64,000 nt of DNA, taken from the NCBI GenBank assembly GCA_040904565.1, contig JBBDTI010000094.1, forward strand, positions 1-64,000, written 5' to 3'. The position numbers and the translations under genes were made by a program. The notes below the pieces were generated by a model. That model worked only from the letters and a program-made list of their open reading frames with translations. It had not been told where the DNA came from and did not search any database. Below are positions 1 to 8,227 of the stretch, piece by piece; position 1 is the stretch's first letter; every line of letters starts with the position of its first letter. This DNA is from Rhodothermales bacterium (GTDB lineage: Bacteria > Bacteroidota > Rhodothermia > Rhodothermales > VXPQ01).

Positions 1-467
1 AAGACCTTGGCCTTGAGACCTTCGCGAAGGGCACGGCGCGCTATAAGCAGGTCCGGTCGATCACGAAGACTAATTTCGGAACGCGCGAGTGGACACGCGG
101 CGTGGAGGACCCGGAGGGCGTCTTCGCCGAGTTGGACGTGCTCTACGACTACCTGCGGCTTTCCGATGAGGCCTCATCGCAGAAGGGGCTACTTAAGGAC
201 GCGACGGCGGATCTCTACCGCGCCGTGAAGGCGAATTATTCGGCGTTATCGGTGGAGGAGATCAAGACGCTGGTGGTAGAAGACAAGTGGCTCGCCACGG
301 TGGAGGACGCCGTCCGGTCTGAGGTGGAGCGCATCACCGGGCAGCTCGCCGGGCGCGTGCAGGAGCTGGAGGAGCGCTATGCCGAACCGCTGCCGGATAT
401 TGAGGATGAGGTAGGTATGCTCGCAAGACGTGTGGATAAGCATCTGAAGACGATGGGCGTGTTATGA
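1..467 (+). CDS. hsdM: Type I restriction-modification methyltransferase subunit, C-terminal part (5'-truncated by window)
   Basis: Frame is open from base 3. C-terminus VVEDKWLA...ELEERYAEPLP...VDKHLKTMG is typical of long HsdM proteins. Its stop overlaps the hsdS start. Confidence 0.85.
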   Translation, partial: DLGLETFAKGTARYKQVRSITKTNFGTREWTRGVEDPEGVFAELDVLYDYLRLSDEASSQKGLLKDATADLYRAVKANYSALSVEEIKTLVVEDKWLATVEDAVRSEVERITGQLAGRVQELEERYAEPLPDIEDEVGMLARRVDKHLKTMGVL

Positions 468-1678
468 AGGCTAGGTCGAAGAGAAACGAGTTGTCTGGAC
501 TCGCTGCCGATTGGCCTGTCGTTGAGTTAAGCGAGCTCCTTGTTAATTCGGCAACGTACGGCATCGTCAAAGCAGGAAACTTTCAGCGGTCCGGCGTGCC
601 CATGGTGCGTGGAGGCGACATCAAGGGTGGCCGGATTAATTTCAACCTGCCGTTCGTTTCCGAACGCAAAAGCGAAGAATATGACAGAACGCTCTTGGAA
701 GCGGATGACGTACTGATTGCCCTGGTCGGATATCCTGGGGAATCTGCTGTTGTACGGGAGTGGTTAGTTGGGGGGAATATATCACGGGCCGTCGGCCTAT
801 TGCGTCCGCGCGATTGCCTTAACTCGGAGTATCTTGCGTATTATCTGAATTCGCCATTGGGGCGACAGGAGTTCCTCAGACCCGGGGCCGGGTCGGCACA
901 GATCGTTGTCAATCTGAAAGATCTCAATCGGCTATCCGTCCCACATCCACCACTCCCCGAACAGCGCGCCATCGCCGCCGCACTTTCGGACGTGGACGCG
1001 CTGATTGCCAAGCTCGATGCGCTGATCGCCAAGAAGCGGGCCATCAAGACGGCCGCGATGCAGCGGCTGCTCACCGGCGAGCAGCGCCTGCCGGGCTTTA
1101 GTGGGGCGTGGGAGACGAGGCGGGTGTCGGAATTTGGTGATGTGATCACCGGCGGAACGCCGCCGACCGGGATTGGACGGTTCTGGGGCGGTGATAATCT
1201 ATGGGTAACACCTTCGGACATAGGCGCGAAGAAAGACATTCGCGTGACAGCGCGTACCCTCACTAGCGAAGGCCTCAACGTCTTGCGGATGCTACCTCGG
1301 GGAGCGGTACTAATTACTTGTATAGCGAGCCTCGGGAAGAACGCGGTACTTCCGGCTACGGGAGCGTGTAACCAGCAGATCAATGCTATCATTCCGAATG
1401 GACGTCACGATTCCGACTTCCTGTACTACCTTTTCGAGAATAACAAAGACGTTCTCCTCGCAAGTGCGGGAAAGACGGCTACGCACATCGTCTCGAAGTC
1501 GCGCTTCTCAGATCTGGCCTTTCTTGTTCCATCTATCTCAGAGCAAGAGGCCATCGCCGAAACCCTTTCCGATATGGACGCCGAAATCGATGCTCTGAAG
1601 GCCCGCCGCGACAAGACGCAGGCAATCAAGCAGGGCATGATGCAGGAGCTACTCACCGGCAAGACTCGCCTCGTATGA
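464..1678 (+). CDS. hsdS: Type I R-M specificity subunit
   Basis: Two variable TRDs, each followed by a conserved helical repeat (PPLPEQRAIAAALSDVD...MQRLLTG and PSISEQEAIAETLSDMD...MQELLTG). Confidence 0.97.
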   Translation: MKARSKRNELSGLAADWPVVELSELLVNSATYGIVKAGNFQRSGVPMVRGGDIKGGRINFNLPFVSERKSEEYDRTLLEADDVLIALVGYPGESAVVREWLVGGNISRAVGLLRPRDCLNSEYLAYYLNSPLGRQEFLRPGAGSAQIVVNLKDLNRLSVPHPPLPEQRAIAAALSDVDALIAKLDALIAKKRAIKTAAMQRLLTGEQRLPGFSGAWETRRVSEFGDVITGGTPPTGIGRFWGGDNLWVTPSDIGAKKDIRVTARTLTSEGLNVLRMLPRGAVLITCIASLGKNAVLPATGACNQQINAIIPNGRHDSDFLYYLFENNKDVLLASAGKTATHIVSKSRFSDLAFLVPSISEQEAIAETLSDMDAEIDALKARRDKTQAIKQGMMQELLTGKTRLV

Positions 1679-4600
1679 GTACCGTCGGCCAGCCTGAACG
1701 ACCCACTCAGAATCGTGTCATCGGTCTCATTCGTGACCGGGACGGGCTCGGCTACGGCTACCTCGGTAACTTGAAGGACCGGGCGGACAATCGGAACGTC
1801 GAATCGGACCTCCTCAGAAAGTGGCTGCGGGCCCGCAGGTTCAGCGAGAGGCTCATCGGCCGCGCGCTACATAAGCTCGGCCAGGCGGCGGCGCTGGGAT
1901 CCGGCACGAGCCTCTACGACGCCAATAAGGACGTCTACGAGCTCCTCCGCTACGGCATCAAGGTTAAGGAAGGAGCCGGCGAGCAGGCTCAGACCGTGCA
2001 CCTAATCGACTGGCACGACCCGGAAGCCAACGACTTTTATGTAGCAGAGGAGGTCACCGTCCGTGGTGAAAACGACAAGCGCCCGGACGTCGTTATTTAC
2101 GTCAACGGCATCGCCCTTGCCGTTCTGGAGCTGAAGCGCTCCATCGTTTCGGTGGCTGAGGGGATCCGCCAGAACCTCGACAATCAGAAGAAGGAGTTCA
2201 TCCAGCCGTTCTTCACTACGATGCAGCTCGTGATGGCGGGCAACGATACGGAGGGGCTGCGCTATGGGACGATCGAGACGCCGGAGAAATATTACCTCAC
2301 CTGGAAGGAAGAATCCCCGGACTGGACGCCGGGGGATCCGCCGTCAGAGAAATATCTCCCGATCGGAAATTGCGACGGCGCGGTAGGCGCGCTTGACTGC
2401 TCGCTGCTGCGTCTTCTACGTAAGGACCGCTTCTTGGAGATCATCCACGATTTCCTCGTTTTCGATGCCGGCACGAAGAAGCTGTGCCGCCACAACCAGT
2501 ACTTCGGCGTTCAGGCGGCCAAGGAGGCCGTTCGCCGCAGAGAGGGCGGCATCATCTGGCATACGCAGGGATCCGGAAAGAGCCTCGTCATGGTGTGGCT
2601 CGCCAAATGGATCCGCGAGCATGTGAGCGGCGCGCGCGTGCTCATCGTCACCGATCGGACCGAGCTCGACGACCAGATCGAGAGCGTTTTCAAGGGCGTC
2701 AACGAAGACATCTACCGCACAACCAGCGGCGCGGATCTCGTGCGCCGGCTGAACAACACCAACCCGTGGCTCATGTGCTCACTCGTGCATAAGTTCGGCC
2801 GCGGCGAGTCTGAGGCGATGGACAAGTACGTCGAGGACGTGCGGAAGAGCTTGCCGGCCGATTTCGAGGCCAAGGGCGAACTATTCGTGTTCGTCGACGA
2901 GGCGCATCGCACGCAGTCGGGCAAGCTGCACCAAGCGATGAAGACGATTCTGTCGGAGGCGACCTTTATCGGCTTTACCGGCACGCCGCTGCTGAAGGCG
3001 GACAAGCAGCGCACGATCGAAATCTTCGGCCCCTACATCCACACATATAAATTCGATGAGGCCGTCCGCGACGAGGTCGTGCTCGACCTGCGCTACGAAG
3101 CGCGCGACATCGACCAGGACCTCACCTCCCCGGAGAAGGTCGACCGGTGGTTCGAGGCGAAAACGCGCGGACTCACGGACGTGGCCAAGAGCCGCCTAAA
3201 GGCGAGGTGGGGCACCCTAAGGGAAGTGCACAGTTCCCAGCCGCGGCTCAAGAAGATTGCCGACGACATCCTGCTCGACATGAGCATTAAGCCTCGCCTT
3301 GCGGAGGGCCGGGGTAACGCCATGCTCGTATGTAGCAGCATTTATCAGGCCTGCCGGCTCTATCAGATCTTTGTTCAGACCGATCTCGAGGGACGGTGTG
3401 CAATTATCACAAGCTACAAGCCGTCACCCGGAGACATCAAAGGGGAGGAGACCGGTGAAGGACTGACCGAGAAGCTGACTCAGTACAAGATCTACCGCAA
3501 GATGCTCGCCGACTACTTCGATGAGCCGGAAGATACGGCCATGAACCGCGTCGAGGAATTCGAGCAGCAGATCAAGAAGAAGTTTGTGGAGCAGCCCGGG
3601 CAGATGAAGCTCCTCATCGTCGTCGACAAGCTTCTAACCGGCTTCGATGCGCCGCCGGCCACCTACCTCTACATTGATAAGACGATGCGCGATCACGGCC
3701 TCTTCCAGGCGATCTGCCGCGTCAACCGGCTGCATGGGGAGGATAAGGAATACGGCTATATCGTTGATTACAAGGACCTCTTCAAATCGCTCGAAGGGGC
3801 CATCAACGATTATACCGGCGGCGCCCTCGACGGCTACGACAGAGAGGACGTCCAGGGACTTCTCAAAGACCGGCTGCATGAGACTCGGAGTGACCTGGAG
3901 GCCGCTCTGGAAGCCGTAACGGCACTCTGCGAGCCGGTCGAGCCGCCCAGGGACACGCCGCAGTACATGGACTACTTCTGCGCCGAGGATACCTCCGACC
4001 GGGAGGCCGTGAAGGAGAATGCGCCGAAGCGCGCGGCCCTCTACAAGCACGTCGGGAAGCTCGTGAGGTCTTACGCCAACCTGGCAAACGAAATGCAGGA
4101 GGCCGGATACAGTCCCCGCGAAGCCGTAGCCATCCGCGACGAGGTGGCGCACTATGAGAACGTGCGCCGGGAGGTAAAGCTCACAAGCGGCGACGCGCCG
4201 GACTTAAAGGCCCTCGAGCCGTCCATGCGGCACCTGCTCGACACATATATCCGCGCGGAGGAAAGTGAGGTCGTATCCGAGTTTGAGGACATACCCCTCA
4301 TCGAGGCCATCGTAGAGCGAGGGCTCGGCGCCGCAACCGAGGCGCTGCCGGAGGGCATCCGGAAGGATAAGGAGTCCGTGGCGGAGACGATCGAGAATAA
4401 CGTTCGGACGACGATCGTGGACCGCCAGGACGTCAACCCGAAATACTACGAGAAGATGTCGCGCCTGCTCGACACGCTTATTCAGCAGCGCAAGGCGCAA
4501 GCGATAAGCTACAAGGCCTACTTGAAGAAAATCGAGGAGTTGTCCCGTCAGGTGATGCGACCTGAGGAGACCACGAGTTACCCGCCGCGTATCAACAGTC

Positions 4601-4818
4601 CGTCCAGGCGCGCGTTGTACGACAACCTGGACGAGCAGGAGGACCTGGCCGTCGACCTGGATAAGACGCTGCGGGAAACGAAAAAGGACGGCTGGCGCGG
4701 CAGCCACTTTAAAGAGCGCGAAGTGCGCAACGTAATCCGTGAGCAGCTGGCCGAATACGGCATCGAGACCCGAACCGAGGAGATCTTCGATTTAGTCAAG
4801 AACCAGAATGACTACTGA
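1675..4818 (+). CDS. hsdR: Type I R-M restriction subunit
   Basis: PD-(D/E)xK motif RPDVVIYVNGIALAVLELK, Walker A HTQGSGKS, DEAH box, LLTGFDAP and QAICRVNR. ATGA overlap with hsdS. Confidence 0.97.
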   Translation: MSTVGQPERPTQNRVIGLIRDRDGLGYGYLGNLKDRADNRNVESDLLRKWLRARRFSERLIGRALHKLGQAAALGSGTSLYDANKDVYELLRYGIKVKEGAGEQAQTVHLIDWHDPEANDFYVAEEVTVRGENDKRPDVVIYVNGIALAVLELKRSIVSVAEGIRQNLDNQKKEFIQPFFTTMQLVMAGNDTEGLRYGTIETPEKYYLTWKEESPDWTPGDPPSEKYLPIGNCDGAVGALDCSLLRLLRKDRFLEIIHDFLVFDAGTKKLCRHNQYFGVQAAKEAVRRREGGIIWHTQGSGKSLVMVWLAKWIREHVSGARVLIVTDRTELDDQIESVFKGVNEDIYRTTSGADLVRRLNNTNPWLMCSLVHKFGRGESEAMDKYVEDVRKSLPADFEAKGELFVFVDEAHRTQSGKLHQAMKTILSEATFIGFTGTPLLKADKQRTIEIFGPYIHTYKFDEAVRDEVVLDLRYEARDIDQDLTSPEKVDRWFEAKTRGLTDVAKSRLKARWGTLREVHSSQPRLKKIADDILLDMSIKPRLAEGRGNAMLVCSSIYQACRLYQIFVQTDLEGRCAIITSYKPSPGDIKGEETGEGLTEKLTQYKIYRKMLADYFDEPEDTAMNRVEEFEQQIKKKFVEQPGQMKLLIVVDKLLTGFDAPPATYLYIDKTMRDHGLFQAICRVNRLHGEDKEYGYIVDYKDLFKSLEGAINDYTGGALDGYDREDVQGLLKDRLHETRSDLEAALEAVTALCEPVEPPRDTPQYMDYFCAEDTSDREAVKENAPKRAALYKHVGKLVRSYANLANEMQEAGYSPREAVAIRDEVAHYENVRREVKLTSGDAPDLKALEPSMRHLLDTYIRAEESEVVSEFEDIPLIEAIVERGLGAATEALPEGIRKDKESVAETIENNVRTTIVDRQDVNPKYYEKMSRLLDTLIQQRKAQAISYKAYLKKIEELSRQVMRPEETTSYPPRINSPSRRALYDNLDEQEDLAVDLDKTLRETKKDGWRGSHFKEREVRNVIREQLAEYGIETRTEEIFDLVKNQNDY

Positions 4819-5557
4819 AGAGCGTCCGCCGGTCGTCGCCGAAGCCGTGCTCGAAGTCAGTGGCATCGAGGTCGAGGTCGTCCGCAAAGATATCAAAAAC
4901 GTTCACCTCAGTGTTTACCCGCCCTCGGGGCGCGTGCGGATTGCCGTCCCCGTTCACGTCGACGATGAGGCCGTCCGCCTCGCCGTAATCGACCGGCTCG
5001 ACTGGATCCGCCGCCAACAGCGCGAATTGGCCGAGCAGCCCCGCCAATCTCGGCGCGAGATGGTTACCGGCGAGAGCCACTACGTTTGGGGACACCGCTA
5101 CCTCCTTAATGTGATTCGACATCAGGGCCCGAACATTGTCCGTCTTCGCAAGCCCACGACGCTGGAAATGTTTGTGCGGCCCGAAGCCGGTGCGGAACGC
5201 CGCAGAGACGTGCTGGCCGAATGGTATCGGGAGCAGCTGAAAGAGCGCATCCCGCAACTCGTCACCGAGTGGGAGCCGGTGCTTGGCGTGGAGGTGGCCG
5301 AATGGGGCGTCAAGCAGATGAAAACCAAGTGGGGCAGCTGCACGCCCGACGACCGGCGCATCTGGCTCAATCTGGAGCTGGCGAAGAAACCGCCTGAGTG
5401 TCTGGAATATATCGTCGTGCACGAGATGGTACACCTATTGGAGCGGCACCACAACGACCGCTTTCGGGCGCTCATGGATCGATTCATGCCGAAGTGGCGA
5501 CTACACCGGGATACGCTCAACGCCGCTCCTCTATCGCATGAGGATTGGGGGTACTAG
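4808..5557 (+). CDS. M48/YgjP-like (DUF45, SprT-like) zinc metallopeptidase
   Basis: MKTKWGSC and YIVVHEMVHL (HExxH)...HNDRF motifs. Overlaps the hsdR stop. Confidence 0.9.
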   Translation: MTTEERPPVVAEAVLEVSGIEVEVVRKDIKNVHLSVYPPSGRVRIAVPVHVDDEAVRLAVIDRLDWIRRQQRELAEQPRQSRREMVTGESHYVWGHRYLLNVIRHQGPNIVRLRKPTTLEMFVRPEAGAERRRDVLAEWYREQLKERIPQLVTEWEPVLGVEVAEWGVKQMKTKWGSCTPDDRRIWLNLELAKKPPECLEYIVVHEMVHLLERHHNDRFRALMDRFMPKWRLHRDTLNAAPLSHEDWGY

Positions 5558-6167
5558 GGATGAATGATCCAATCAATTAACGCGAACCCGAACAGCAAGA
5601 GGTTGTGCTCATAATCGGACTGGCTTCTGAGTAGCATAGGTCAAAGTTGCAAAGCTCCTATTGCGCGACGAGCAATGACTGGCGTCCATCCATTTTAACT
5701 TGATGCTTCTTGTTAAACGCTTCCGCAAAAGAGCGCCTGCATGACACGCTGGAGCGAACATATAGAGATGGGTCTGCCGAGGAATAGATACGCGTATACA
5801 TTGCTATCATGAACGATTGCGATATGGTGCCCCTGAGCGCCAAACCATAATGCGTTACTGTTGCTGCGCTCTAAGAGATTGGCGGTACAAGAAGTTACGA
5901 AACCGGGTCAGCAAGCCGCAGCGAACTTGAATCCAGGGAAGCTATCCACAAATTTGCCTGGCCCGACCAGGCAATGCCGAAGCTGGCGAGTAGTGTCTGA
6001 TGAAGCTACAGAACGGAGATCATATTGAAGCCACGTATTCGATGATCTCATGCGCTCCATCGTGATTGGGAGGACCGGCAAGGATAAACAAAGATGTCCT
6101 GTATAATTGTTACTGAGGTGCGGCTTCAAGGTCGAACACGAGCACGATCAACGAGGAAGCGACTTAA

Positions 6168-7655
6168 TTGATGAGCAATGGAGACGCGAGCAACGAGGAT
6201 ACGAGGTCAGTAGAAGCTTCGGACGTTGAGGCAGTGGCCGATCACGGAGATAATGGAGGTACTTGGTTGCCGGTCAAAATGGACGTAGCGTTGAAGACGC
6301 TGATCACATCGATAAACAACCGGTGCCTAGTCTTTTTTTGCGGTGCCGGACTTTCGATGGACCCGCCGAGTTCACTTCCGTCTGCCTATGCCCTCGTCCA
6401 GAAGCTGGAGGAGAAGTACCAGCGCTTGCATGGAGAGTCGCTAGTCGGTACGGTCGGCAACAAGATAGAGGAGATCGCGAAGTGGGCGTTGGACAATGCA
6501 CCAGAGTTCCAAAACTTCTTCCTGCCTACTATCAACTCCGAAGATTTCTTCAAGGCGTCCAATCCCGGTCACGAAACCGTTGCCGATTTCTTAATCGCTC
6601 GGATTGCAGAAGCGGCACTTAGTACGAATGTCGATTATCTGGTTGAACATGCCGCCAAGAAGCTGGGCAAAGGCCGGTTTCGTGGAGTTGTGAGACGAAG
6701 TCACTTTAATAGAAATCCGGACCACAGTCCCTTGTTGAAGGTGCACGGATGCTTCGACCATGAAGAACAGCACACCGTGTGGTGCGAACAACAGTTGAAT
6801 GAGGCACCCATCAGAGGGCGAGTCGAGCGCTTTCAGACTTGGATGCAGGAGCATCTTCCGGGGAAGGACCTCCTCGTAATCGGATACTGGACCGACTGGC
6901 CTCACCTCAATGAAACTCTGAACAGAAGTATACAGGATCATTATCCGCGATCCGTAACTCTCGTAGATCCGAGTAGCCCGGAGGAACTCAAGGAAAAAGC
7001 GGAAGGACTCTGGGAATGGGTCGATCAGAGCAACGATGTTAACTTTCAGCACGTCCGGGCCTGCGGCAACGAGTTCATGGAGCGCCTGCGCCAAGAGTTC
7101 TCCGCTTGGTTCTTCCGGGAGTTGCTACACGAGGTGAGGGATGAAGGGCGGGTTCTGGAGTATTATGGGGTCGCCTCGACGGAGCAAGTGAAGCTTCCTC
7201 CGCTAGACCACATGGCGATGAAGGACATCTACGATCTGCGCCGAGACTTCCAGGGAGTCCCAACGGGAAAGCCAGTGACCGACCGAGATCCGACGGGAGC
7301 AGCGTACGAGCGCGTAGGGGCTTTGCACCAGTTGTTGATGGAGGGGGCGGCAACTATGGAGGGGCGGCTATACAAATTGGGTGGAGCTGCCCTGCGACTC
7401 GTCAACAGTCAAGGCCGAGAGGTCGAACGCGTGAAAGACGAATTTGCACGGGCTGGGGACACGCCGCGCGGCGTGACGGCTCACGTCTGCGTCGGCTCTC
7501 GCGGCTCGCTTCCCGGTCGCCAGAATCTCGTGCGCGAGCCTACGGACGACGATGTCGTTCGGACTGGGCAGGCCCAGGTTTGGTGGACGGACGACGATCT
7601 AGTCCGCTACCTTCAGAACGAGACGGACTTACTCAACACGACCGAAGACGAATAA
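6168..7655 (+). CDS. SIR2-like NADase effector with C-terminal ABC-three-component-type domain (Lamassu LmuA-like)
   Basis: Sir2 motifs FCGAGLS, STNVD, LKVHG and VIGYW, plus a C-terminal extension of about 180 aa. First gene of an overlapping three-gene operon. Confidence 0.8.
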   Translation: MMSNGDASNEDTRSVEASDVEAVADHGDNGGTWLPVKMDVALKTLITSINNRCLVFFCGAGLSMDPPSSLPSAYALVQKLEEKYQRLHGESLVGTVGNKIEEIAKWALDNAPEFQNFFLPTINSEDFFKASNPGHETVADFLIARIAEAALSTNVDYLVEHAAKKLGKGRFRGVVRRSHFNRNPDHSPLLKVHGCFDHEEQHTVWCEQQLNEAPIRGRVERFQTWMQEHLPGKDLLVIGYWTDWPHLNETLNRSIQDHYPRSVTLVDPSSPEELKEKAEGLWEWVDQSNDVNFQHVRACGNEFMERLRQEFSAWFFRELLHEVRDEGRVLEYYGVASTEQVKLPPLDHMAMKDIYDLRRDFQGVPTGKPVTDRDPTGAAYERVGALHQLLMEGAATMEGRLYKLGGAALRLVNSQGREVERVKDEFARAGDTPRGVTAHVCVGSRGSLPGRQNLVREPTDDDVVRTGQAQVWWTDDDLVRYLQNETDLLNTTEDE

Positions 7656-8227
7656 TGGATCCACTAACGGCAGCACAAACGGAGCTCTCAAAGGTCGGCT
7701 ATGAGACCTGGCAGGAGCCGGACGAAACCGACCGGGTCTACTTCGAGGATCGAAGCGTCTTCGGAATGGTCACAACTTACGCGTCCGTCCGAGATCTTAT
7801 CGACGGGTATGAGGATCGGCAGAACCGATTCTTGCGGACCAATGAGAACGCACTTCGGTCGGCCAGCAACCAGGAGAAGGTGTGGAACGCCTACACGGTT
7901 CACCTCGCGGTTGGCGACTTCTCGGAGGCTGACCGTGAACATGCTGAGCAGGAAAACAAGCTCTTCCGTATCGAAGAAAACTTTCGAGGGACACGGAAGA
8001 TTGCCCGTGCCAACGTGACTGACGTCGAGGGTGTCGTCGCCGCACTCCTTCCGCTTCTCCCTATCCAGAGAAAACCGAAGTTGGCGGCAGAGGATTACCG
8101 AAAGCAACTCGAAGAGGAACTCCGCGAAGAGTTCGACGAAGCCTTCTTGAGCGTTCTCGACGAGAACGCGTTGCCCGTCGACATCGTGAACGACTTACTC
8201 CAGGACAGACCGGCCCAGGACCAATGA
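7655..8227 (+). CDS. ABC-three-component middle component (Lamassu LmuC-like), about 190 aa
   Basis: ATG at 7655 overlaps the upstream TAA (TAATG). WNAYTVHL...IEENFRGTRKI pattern resembles MC1-type middle components. Lies between the effector and the SMC ATPase. Confidence 0.65.
   Translation: MDPLTAAQTELSKVGYETWQEPDETDRVYFEDRSVFGMVTTYASVRDLIDGYEDRQNRFLRTNENALRSASNQEKVWNAYTVHLAVGDFSEADREHAEQENKLFRIEENFRGTRKIARANVTDVEGVVAALLPLLPIQRKPKLAAEDYRKQLEEELREEFDEAFLSVLDENALPVDIVNDLLQDRPAQDQ

Noticed and set aside
431-439. Perfect DnaA box TGTGGATAA
   Set aside because: Single copy inside the hsdM coding sequence of a mobile island; compatible with chance.
6168-7655. Thoeris ThsA, DSR or Sir2-HerA call
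   Set aside because: No SLOG/Macro domain, TIR partner or HerA gene, and it is too short for DSR2.
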